A DNA stretch of 64,000 nucleotides from assembly GCA_964291405.2 (NCBI GenBank), contig OZ219926.1, positions 3,488,001 through 3,552,000 on the forward strand, in the 5' to 3' direction. This stretch comes from Thermodesulfobacteriota bacterium. GTDB taxonomy: Bacteria > Desulfobacterota > Binatia > Bin18. Below, piece after piece: positions 56,701 through 64,000 of the stretch. How positions within the stretch are numbered: position 1 is the stretch's first letter; each line of letters starts with the position of its first letter. Made by a program: the position numbers and the translations under genes. The notes beneath the pieces were generated by a model. It had not been told where the DNA came from. It saw only the letters and a list, made by a program, of their open reading frames with translations, and ran no database searches.

Positions 56701-57921
56701 ATGATTGAAACCGTTTCCCCAGAAAGCGTCGGACTGAGTCGCATCCGCCTGAACCGTATCCCCGAGCATCTCAAGGGCTATGTCGATGACGGGAGAATTC
56801 CTGGTTATCTGGTGCTGGTGGCCCGGCGTGGCCAGCCAGCTTATCTGAATCGTTACGGACTACGCGATGTAGAAGCACATACGCCGGTTGAAGAAAACAC
56901 CATTTTTCGCATCTATTCCATGACCAAGCCCATCACCAGTGTGGCGCTTATGACGCTGTATGAACGAGGATTGTTTCAACTCGATACTCCGGTGTCAGCC
57001 TTCATTCCTGAATTCAAACACTTGGAAGTCTTTGAATCCGGAGATGCTCAGCAGTACCGCACCACGACGGCTGAACGTGAAATAACGATTCGCGATCTGC
57101 TGACGCATACAGCCGGTTTCACCTACGGCTTTATGAACGTTCATCCGGTTGACGCTCTGTACCGCGCCCAAGGAGTTGAAGGGTCGAGTTCCAAGGGAAG
57201 TTTACACGACATGGTGCAAAAGCTCAGTACACTTCCGCTCCTTTTCTCTCCGGGAACGCGCTGGAGTTATAGTGTGGCCACTGACGTGTTGGGATATCTT
57301 GTTGAACTGCTGTCAGGACAGTCGCTCGCTACCTATTTCAGCGAGCATATTTGGGAGCCGCTGGGTATGCGGGACACTGCCTTTGCGGTTGCGGATGAAG
57401 ATGTCCCCCGCTTGGCCGCAAACTATGAGTATCAAAAAGGAGGCTTTCGTCTCATTGATAGCCCAACGAAGAGTAGGTATCGCGGACAGCCGACGTTTCT
57501 CTCAGGTGGGGGCGGGCTGGTCTCAACAGCGAGTGACTATCTCAAGTTTTTACTTATGCTTAGAAATAGAGGCGTATTGAACGGTGAACGCCTCCTTGGC
57601 CGTAAGACCGTTGAACTCATGACCGTGAATCATCTGCCGGACAATGCCGATCTGAGCCGTATGGGCCAGAAGGTGTTCAGTGAGATGCCTTTTGATGGGA
57701 TTGGGTTCGGTCTGGGTTTTTCCGTCACGCTAGATCCGGTCAAGGCCCAGATTCTTGGCTCATCCGGTGAGTATTCATGGGGTGGGGCTGCCAGCACAAC
57801 TTTTTGGGTTGATCCAGTGGAAGACTTGATCGTCATCTTTCTCACGCAACTGATGCCGTCCTCTTCGTATCCGATCCGGCGTGAGCTGCGGGTTTTGACG
57901 TATCAAGCGGTTGTGGAGTAG
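56701..57921 (+). CDS. Serine hydrolase (class C beta-lactamase/esterase family)
   Basis: SMTK, LLTHTAG, PGTRWSYS, GGGGL.ST, WGGAAST.FWVDP. Confidence 0.92.
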   Translation: MIETVSPESVGLSRIRLNRIPEHLKGYVDDGRIPGYLVLVARRGQPAYLNRYGLRDVEAHTPVEENTIFRIYSMTKPITSVALMTLYERGLFQLDTPVSAFIPEFKHLEVFESGDAQQYRTTTAEREITIRDLLTHTAGFTYGFMNVHPVDALYRAQGVEGSSSKGSLHDMVQKLSTLPLLFSPGTRWSYSVATDVLGYLVELLSGQSLATYFSEHIWEPLGMRDTAFAVADEDVPRLAANYEYQKGGFRLIDSPTKSRYRGQPTFLSGGGGLVSTASDYLKFLLMLRNRGVLNGERLLGRKTVELMTVNHLPDNADLSRMGQKVFSEMPFDGIGFGLGFSVTLDPVKAQILGSSGEYSWGGAASTTFWVDPVEDLIVIFLTQLMPSSSYPIRRELRVLTYQAVVE

Positions 57922-57986
57922 ATTGGGAAAGCGCGGGAAACGAGACCGCCCGCGGGGAGTGAACGACGCAAATAAGGAGGGACGAC

Positions 57987-58742
57987 ATGGACCCACATCA
58001 GTATATCGTAGCGCCCTCAACCGTACCGTGGAAAACCTTGGCCCTTGAGGGCGGAGGGGAAACCCAGCTTCAAATGTATTTGAAAGGCAGAGATGGTGGA
58101 CCCGAAGCCGTCCGGGCGCAAATCTCGGAAAACTATACGGTGGAGCCGCATTTTCACTATGCGGCGCAATTCCAAGTCCTGCTTGAAGGTGCAATGGCCT
58201 TCCCGCTGGTCCGGCTGGAGGCGCCGGCCGTGCACTATACGGAACACAATACACCCTACGGTCCGTTCACGGTCAGCGGCGGGCACGACATGCTCGTGTT
58301 GCATACCAAGCCGGGCGGTTTGGCCGTCATGCGCGACAAAAAACGTCGCTGGCGAGCGAATGTGCGCGGGCGTGAGTTTACGCGCTGTGCACACGAGGTC
58401 GAGTGGCAGCCCATGCCCGGCTGTAAAGACGCCCGACGCAAGCTGCTCATCCCGGATAGCTTTGGCCCGAGTGCAGAGTTGGTTGCGTTTCCGGCCGGTG
58501 CTGAATTCACTCCCCCGGTCCCGGAGTATGGCCGGTATGAAGTGGTGTATGCCGGTTCTGCCTCCATGATGGGTAGGCATCTGGAACCGAAAGCGCTTCG
58601 TTTCATTCCGGGCGGAGAACACGCCGATCCGTTCACCGCTGGTCCCGAAGGCGTGAGCATGATTTTCCTGAGCTTTGACCAAGACGCCAACTATAGTGAG
58701 GCCGGCAGTACGGAAGACGCGATTGCCCGGATGGAGAAGTGA
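57987..58742 (+). CDS. Hypothetical protein, tandem cupin-like
   Basis: PHFHYAAQFQVLLEG and HYT..NTPYGPF cupin-like motifs; strong RBS. Confidence 0.7.
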   Translation: MDPHQYIVAPSTVPWKTLALEGGGETQLQMYLKGRDGGPEAVRAQISENYTVEPHFHYAAQFQVLLEGAMAFPLVRLEAPAVHYTEHNTPYGPFTVSGGHDMLVLHTKPGGLAVMRDKKRRWRANVRGREFTRCAHEVEWQPMPGCKDARRKLLIPDSFGPSAELVAFPAGAEFTPPVPEYGRYEVVYAGSASMMGRHLEPKALRFIPGGEHADPFTAGPEGVSMIFLSFDQDANYSEAGSTEDAIARMEK

Positions 58743-58761
58743 AAAAGCAAAAAGGAGAAGG

Positions 58762-59265
58762 ATGACCATGAAAACAGAAGAACTCCGAGCCCTCCAGGCA
58801 CCGCTCAAGGATGTCTATAAAGACGCACCCGAAAAGGCGGTGGTGACGCTGAATGCAGAAGGCCGGATTGGCGAGGGCATTACCTGCCGCGTTGAAACGG
58901 GCAAGGCATTGGTCGAAGCCGGGCTGCACCCGGCGACTGGTGGGGACGGGCTGGCGGCCTGCTCCGGTGACATGTTGCTGGAGGCGCTCGTGGCGTGTGC
59001 CGGCGTGACTCTGCAAGCCGTGTCTACGGCGATTGGGGTGGAACTCCGAGATGGCAAGGTAATCGCAGAAGGCGACCTGGATTTCAGGGGGACCCTCGGG
59101 GTTTCAAAAGAAGCCCCGGTCGGCTTTCGCGACATCCGCCTCCGGTTTGATCTGGACACGGATGCCGATGCGGAGCAGTTGGCAACCCTGATTCGTCTGA
59201 CTGAACGCTACTGTGTCGTCTTCCAGACCATCCAGAATAAACCGGACTCTCAACGTCTCGTATAG
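58762..59265 (+). CDS. OsmC family protein
   Basis: LLEALVACAG, EGDLDFRGTLGV, TERYCVV. Confidence 0.9.
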   Translation: MTMKTEELRALQAPLKDVYKDAPEKAVVTLNAEGRIGEGITCRVETGKALVEAGLHPATGGDGLAACSGDMLLEALVACAGVTLQAVSTAIGVELRDGKVIAEGDLDFRGTLGVSKEAPVGFRDIRLRFDLDTDADAEQLATLIRLTERYCVVFQTIQNKPDSQRLV

Positions 59266-59304
59266 CGTTGTATGAGGGGAGCAGACGGCCAGCCTGCTCA
59301 CGGT

Positions 59305-59895
59305 ATGGATACCGTCCGCTATCATATGGCTCTCCTCACGCTGGTGACCTTTATTCCAGGTATCCTGTTCTGGCCGTTTGCTCACGGTCTGGTTCATAGC
59401 TGGCGACAACTTGGACTCGTGATCTCGTACTCCGCGCTGGGGGCGATCCTTATTGCCATCGGCGCTGGCGCCTTTTTGTTGCATCAGCCGCTTCTGGCCG
59501 TAGAGTTCGGTCCTCCCGGATGGTTAGGTTTGCCTGCCCTGCTGTGCTTTGGGGCAGCCCTGGTGGTCGAGGTGCAGTGTCGAAAACATCTGACTCTGCG
59601 TACTCTGGTCGGCATTCCCGAGCTGTCACCCACGCCGACCGGTCAGCCTTTATTGGACCAGGGCATCTATGCTCGTCTGCGGCATCCCCGTTATGTCGTC
59701 GTGATGCTGAGTGTCTTCGCAGTTGCGTTTTTTACGAACTATCTGGCTGTGTACCTCCTCTGTCCTTTTGCCTGCATTGTGCTGTACGGCATCACGTTGA
59801 TGGAAGAACGCGAGCTGGTCGAACGCTTTGGGGAGGCATACGAGCAGTATCAACGCCGGGTGCCGCGTTTTGTTCCCAGGATTTCCAAGGGGTAA
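59305..59895 (+). CDS. Isoprenylcysteine carboxyl / phospholipid methyltransferase family membrane protein
   Basis: GIYARLRHPRY, EERELVERFG..Y..YQRRVPRF. Confidence 0.85.
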   Translation: MDTVRYHMALLTLVTFIPGILFWPFAHGLVHSWRQLGLVISYSALGAILIAIGAGAFLLHQPLLAVEFGPPGWLGLPALLCFGAALVVEVQCRKHLTLRTLVGIPELSPTPTGQPLLDQGIYARLRHPRYVVVMLSVFAVAFFTNYLAVYLLCPFACIVLYGITLMEERELVERFGEAYEQYQRRVPRFVPRISKG

Positions 59896-59905
59896 AGGGA
59901 GGAGT

Positions 59906-60787
59906 ATGGAAAGGTCGGTTCAATTCTACAGTGAAAGTGTCCCCATGGCGGGCGTCCTTTTTCTGCCTGAGGACAGCTCTTCCGATAGGCCAAGACCCGG
60001 CATTGTCATATGCCACGGCTTTACCGCGGTGAAAGAAGTCATGTTGCCCGATATTGCCCGGCGCGTGGCCCAGGCTGGGTATGTCGTCTTGACGTTTGAC
60101 TACCGCTTCCTGGGTGCGAGTGGTGGAGAACCTCGTCGCCAGATCATCCCCATGCGGCAGATCGAAGATATCCAAAATGCGGTCACGTTCATGCAGCAAC
60201 AGCCCGAGGTCGCTCCAGACCGGATTGGACTGCTCGGCGTCAGTCTCGGTGGGGCCAACGTCAGTTATGCTGCCGGGGTAGAGGAGCGGGTCAAAGCCAC
60301 GGTGAGCGTCTGCGGCATCGGCGACTGTGGGCGTTGGACGCGTGACGCCTGTCATTTCTGGGAATGGCGGGCATTACTCCAACGCCTGGCAGACAACCGA
60401 CGCGAGCGCGTCCTGACCGGGCAGGAGCAGTATGTGCAAGCCAGTGAGATTGTGCCTGAGCCGGAGAGTACGGCCGCCCTGTTTGCACAGATTCTCGACC
60501 AGTATCCGCAGTGGAGCCGGGAGATCACGCTGACCTCGGGCGAAGCGTTGATTGCGTATCGCCCCGAGTCCGTCGTGCATCAGATATCACCCCGCGCGAT
60601 ACTCTGGCTGCACGGCGACGCAGATGATCGCGTATCCATGGAAGAGTCACAGTCCATGTATGAAAAGGCCGGGGAGCCCAAGAAGATCGTGATTCTGCCC
60701 GGTCTTGGTCATAGTGACATTCTCTCTGGTCCTGGGCTTGACCAGAGTCTGCCGCTCATCAAAGAATGGTTTGAAACACATCTCTAA
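59906..60787 (+). CDS. Alpha/beta hydrolase
   Basis: CHGF, FDYR..GAS.GEPR, GVSLGG, HGDADD, GLGH. Confidence 0.9.
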   Translation: MERSVQFYSESVPMAGVLFLPEDSSSDRPRPGIVICHGFTAVKEVMLPDIARRVAQAGYVVLTFDYRFLGASGGEPRRQIIPMRQIEDIQNAVTFMQQQPEVAPDRIGLLGVSLGGANVSYAAGVEERVKATVSVCGIGDCGRWTRDACHFWEWRALLQRLADNRRERVLTGQEQYVQASEIVPEPESTAALFAQILDQYPQWSREITLTSGEALIAYRPESVVHQISPRAILWLHGDADDRVSMEESQSMYEKAGEPKKIVILPGLGHSDILSGPGLDQSLPLIKEWFETHL

Positions 60788-60799
60788 CAAGGAAACTGT

Positions 60800-61285
60800 A
60801 TGCGCCCAGCCAGACGAGGTCTCGTACTCTCTCTCATGCTCGGCTTTTGCCTAGTGTGCTCAGTGCAGGTGTCGTCTCAGGAGTGGGGCAAGGTTTTTAA
60901 TCCGTATACGGGTCAGTGGGAAGACCTGAACCCTCCAGCTCCTGCCCCATCAACGCCTCAGTCTGAGACGGCTCCCGTGGAAGTACTGAAGCGCTCCCCC
61001 ACCCCTGCGGGAGTACCAGCGGAAGTCCTGCCGCCGGAACCGGACTATACGACCGAGGAAGCGGCCCTGCAAATACTGCAACACGAAACCGCTGAGGCCA
61101 CCAAGTGGGTGTATGAACGACCGGACTGTCCGAGCATGCATTACCACAAGCCCCTTCAAGGAAAAGATGTGTGCTCAAATCCCTTCGGAGACGATGTTGC
61201 GGTCAGTTGCCCCGCTGGAGCGAAACTTATGACCGACTATCATGCAGCTGGCAGCGACGCCTGTCGCAGTGAGCGGTCTTTTTGA
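60800..61285 (+). CDS. Hypothetical secreted protein
   Basis: Signal peptide, Pro-rich linker, four-Cys C-terminal region; AAGGA RBS. Confidence 0.65.
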   Translation: MRPARRGLVLSLMLGFCLVCSVQVSSQEWGKVFNPYTGQWEDLNPPAPAPSTPQSETAPVEVLKRSPTPAGVPAEVLPPEPDYTTEEAALQILQHETAEATKWVYERPDCPSMHYHKPLQGKDVCSNPFGDDVAVSCPAGAKLMTDYHAAGSDACRSERSF

Positions 61286-61296
61286 GGCGCGGTCCG

Positions 61297-62736
61297 CTAC
61301 CCCTGCTGCGCACTGGTAGCGACGGCAGTTTGGAGGGCTTGTAAGGCGCTGTGAGAGAAGAGCTTGCCACCGACAACCACTGCCGCAATTTTCTGGGTGT
61401 TGGTGATATCCTCCAAGGGATTCGCTTCGAGAAGGACGAGGTCGGCAATCTTGCCCACCTCGATGGTGCCAAGCAGGTCTTGTTGGTCAAGGTACAGGGC
61501 AGGGTTGCGGGTCGCGGTCTGTAAGGCCTCCATGGGTGTCAGGCCTGCCTCGACCAGTAGGGCTAATTCTTCGTGTAACGAGGAGCCGGGGAAGACATAC
61601 GGGGCTGGCGTATCGGTTCCGGCCAAGAAGGGTACGCCTGCTCTGTGCGCCGTTTTGATCAAATCAAACAGCGTCTGGAAATACTGCTTGCCCGCTGCAA
61701 TATCCTCGGCAGAGCGGCCTGCGAGCAAGCGTTCTTCCTTTGTCACGCGCCAAGCCGCAACCCACGAGGCGGGAATATAGTCCAGGCGCGGGTCAGCCGG
61801 AAATGTGTTTTCGTCAATATGCGATAAGCCCCGCATCCACACAATCGTTGGGCACTGCCACATGCTCTTCTGCGCGAGGCGCGCAAACAGCGCTTCTTCT
61901 TTCTCTTTACTCTGGGTACCGAGAAGGCGTTGAACGGGTTCTTTTTTTTGGAACAGATCAAAAATCGATACTGTCTGGAGCAGTTCTTCCTCTACTGTTG
62001 AGCTGCTTTTGAGCCAGCCAATGAAGTGTTCCATACTGTGTTGCCCGGCCTCGGACGCCTCCGTGGCGGTTATCTGATCCGGCAGATGACCGGCAACTCG
62101 CAAGCCGTGCTGTTGGGCCTCGTGTATGACAGCGAAATAGGCATCACGCGAAATGAGCGACTGGACTTTGATAAAGTCTGCCCCTTGCTGCTTGAGCTCT
62201 AAGACGGTCTGGCGCCCTTCGGTTGCAGTGTGCACACTGACCGATTGGGGGAAGGGCGGATTGGGACCATCCAGCATGGGACCGGAGGCGATAATGCGGG
62301 GACCGACCCGCTTGCCTGCCGTGATCTCCTCACGCCACTGAGTGAGAGACGCCAAGTCGCCGCCCATGTCACGAATGCCCGTGACTCCGTGGGCGATGAG
62401 CAGCGGCAGAAAAATATCCCTGCTTCTCGGATACGTCTCAATGTCGGCGATATGGGTATGCATGTCCCACAGGCCGGGTATGAGAAAATGATCCGTGGCA
62501 TCGAAAACGTGGGCACCTGAGGGGATAGCGATCGTCCCGGTTTCCCCCAGGGCGCTAATACGATCCTGAGTGAGCACGACGGTCATGTCGGGCTGGGCCG
62601 GCGTCCCAGTCGCATCTATCACCGTTACGTTGGTAAAGACGACCGGAGCGAGCGGGGAAGGATCGTCCTGCTGCGCTTGAAGAGCGTGTGTACTCACCAC
62701 CAACAGGAATGGGATGAGTGCAAGCGAGTGTTTCAT
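61297..62736 (-). CDS. Exported amidohydrolase (family 1)
   Basis: Signal peptide; IPGLWDMHTH, GVTGIRDMG, AGTD, LHEEL, GKIADLVLL..NPL. Confidence 0.9.
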   Translation of the reverse strand: MKHSLALIPFLLVVSTHALQAQQDDPSPLAPVVFTNVTVIDATGTPAQPDMTVVLTQDRISALGETGTIAIPSGAHVFDATDHFLIPGLWDMHTHIADIETYPRSRDIFLPLLIAHGVTGIRDMGGDLASLTQWREEITAGKRVGPRIIASGPMLDGPNPPFPQSVSVHTATEGRQTVLELKQQGADFIKVQSLISRDAYFAVIHEAQQHGLRVAGHLPDQITATEASEAGQHSMEHFIGWLKSSSTVEEELLQTVSIFDLFQKKEPVQRLLGTQSKEKEEALFARLAQKSMWQCPTIVWMRGLSHIDENTFPADPRLDYIPASWVAAWRVTKEERLLAGRSAEDIAAGKQYFQTLFDLIKTAHRAGVPFLAGTDTPAPYVFPGSSLHEELALLVEAGLTPMEALQTATRNPALYLDQQDLLGTIEVGKIADLVLLEANPLEDITNTQKIAAVVVGGKLFSHSALQALQTAVATSAQQG

Positions 62737-62838
62737 TGTATCCTCCTCCAGACTCTTTCATCTGTGGTGACTCTTTTCTCTTTACCCCTACACTTCTTTC
62801 CTTCTATACTCCAGCGAAAACACCACAAGGAGGACGTA

Positions 62839-63255
62839 ATGGCCCAGACCTTTGAAAAGCAGAGTGTGACAGACGAACTCGCGCAACAGATGGTAGCCGC
62901 GGCTGTTGCCAAAGCAAAGGAACTTGGGGTGCCCCAAGTCGTAGCCGTACTGGACGAGAGTGGGCTGCTCAAGGCGTTTTGCCGGATGGATGGAACACCG
63001 TTAGTCAGTATCGAGGTGTCTCAGAACAAAGCCTACACTGCCCTTTTTGGGATGCCGTCGCACGAGTTTTTTAACTTTATTAAGGATGATCCGGCGCTCT
63101 TGGCAGGGGTGCCGCATATTCCGCGCATCGTGACCTTTGGCGGCGGTTTGCCGATCCGAATTGGGGATAGAGTGGTCGGAGCAATCGGTGTCAGTGGCGG
63201 TTCGGTTGAACAAGATATCGAATGCGCCCAAGCTGGACTCGACGTGCTTGCGTAG
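62839..63255 (+). CDS. GlcG/HbpS-family heme-binding protein (cytoplasmic)
   Basis: VLDESG.LKAF.RMDG, NKAYTA, GGGLPI, IGVSGG.VEQD. Confidence 0.88.
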   Translation: MAQTFEKQSVTDELAQQMVAAAVAKAKELGVPQVVAVLDESGLLKAFCRMDGTPLVSIEVSQNKAYTALFGMPSHEFFNFIKDDPALLAGVPHIPRIVTFGGGLPIRIGDRVVGAIGVSGGSVEQDIECAQAGLDVLA

Positions 63256-63408
63256 CAGTCATATGCGGTAACTCTTGCAATTGCGACGTATTCCGTTGCA
63301 GGATGGAGAGACCCGTCAACGTGTTGCACCAAAGGCCTGAACCGGGTGGCTACGGGGAGGAATGAAATGTAACCGCAACCGGCTTCTGTGAGCCAAAGGA
63401 GGGATCAT

Positions 63409-64000
63409 ATGGCAGAGTACGATCTGCTTATCAAGAACGGCACGATTATCGACGGATTGCAGGTGCCCCGCTATCGGGGCGATATTGCAATTCGTGACGG
63501 TAGGATCGTTGCCATGGGGAATATCCAGGACACGGCAACGCGGGTACTTGATGCGACCGGCATGATCGTCGCGCCAGGGTTTATGGACATCCATACCCAT
63601 TACGACGCGGCGCTCTCCGGCGGCACGGCCTGGGACCCGTATGCCACGCTATCCGGCTGGCACGGCGTAACCACGGTCGCGATCGGAAACTGTGGCTTTG
63701 GTTTTGCGCCGGTGCGTCCGGAAGATCGCGACCGGGCGATGCGTCGTATGGAGCGCACCGAGTCCATTCCGTTGTCCTGTATGCAGGCCGGCATGCGCTG
63801 GGACTGGGAGACCTTCCCTGAATATCTGGACAGCCTGGACCGTGGCGGGTTGGGTATCAATGCCGCCTCCCTCGTGCCGTACTCTCCGCTGCGCGCCTGG
63901 GTATTGGGCAACGATGCGGCGCGGGACCCGGACTATAAGACTACCCCGGATCAGATTGCAGAGCTGAAACATCTGTTGCGAGAAGGCTTGCAGGCCGGCG
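63409..64000 (+). CDS. N-acyl-D-amino-acid deacylase family amidohydrolase, 3'-truncated
   Basis: Manual translation: MAEYDLLIKNGTIIDG...VAPGFMDIHTHYDA...HGVTTVAIGNCGFGFAP; open to the window end. Confidence 0.9.
   Translation, partial: MAEYDLLIKNGTIIDGLQVPRYRGDIAIRDGRIVAMGNIQDTATRVLDATGMIVAPGFMDIHTHYDAALSGGTAWDPYATLSGWHGVTTVAIGNCGFGFAPVRPEDRDRAMRRMERTESIPLSCMQAGMRWDWETFPEYLDSLDRGGLGINAASLVPYSPLRAWVLGNDAARDPDYKTTPDQIAELKHLLREGLQAG

Noticed and set aside
56701-57921. Beta-lactam resistance gene
   Set aside because: No signal peptide; LLTHTAG and WGG motifs indicate a family VIII esterase-type hydrolase.

Overview
GC-rich bacterial chromosomal segment of about 60 CDS, with no rRNA, tRNA or CRISPR array detected. 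It is dominated by catabolic paralogue families: 5 luciferase-like monooxygenases, 6 amidohydrolases, 3 Rieske oxygenase alpha subunits, 3 NicX/M29-fold enzymes, 2 Dyp peroxidases, 2 GFA and 2 GlcG/HbpS proteins. It also has an orphan Mo-hydroxylase large subunit, a tungstate ABC transporter with its regulator, a DUF1329/DUF1302 pair and housekeeping genes (apbE, yfbR, hpt, hisS). This gene content resembles uncultured Binatia/Tectomicrobia-like MAGs (inference only). Points of interest: (i) a small lower-GC defence island at ~51.0-54.3 kb, with Fic and HsdS remnants, an unknown 160-aa protein coupled to a ThsB-like TIR gene with no recognisable Thoeris effector, a RAYT carrying its own REPs, and VapBC; (ii) a Na+:solute symporter fused to two winged-helix domains; (iii) two Rieske + NicX-like modules, each followed by the same covarying 16-17 bp hairpin; (iv) a stand-alone SRA-HNH nuclease; (v) a 2-kb stretch (15.8-17.8 kb) where two sequences are interleaved, probably an assembly-consensus artefact hiding a matrixin gene with Cys-rich repeats. 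Several frameshifts look like sequencing errors. All family assignments come from motifs read by eye; no database was searched.
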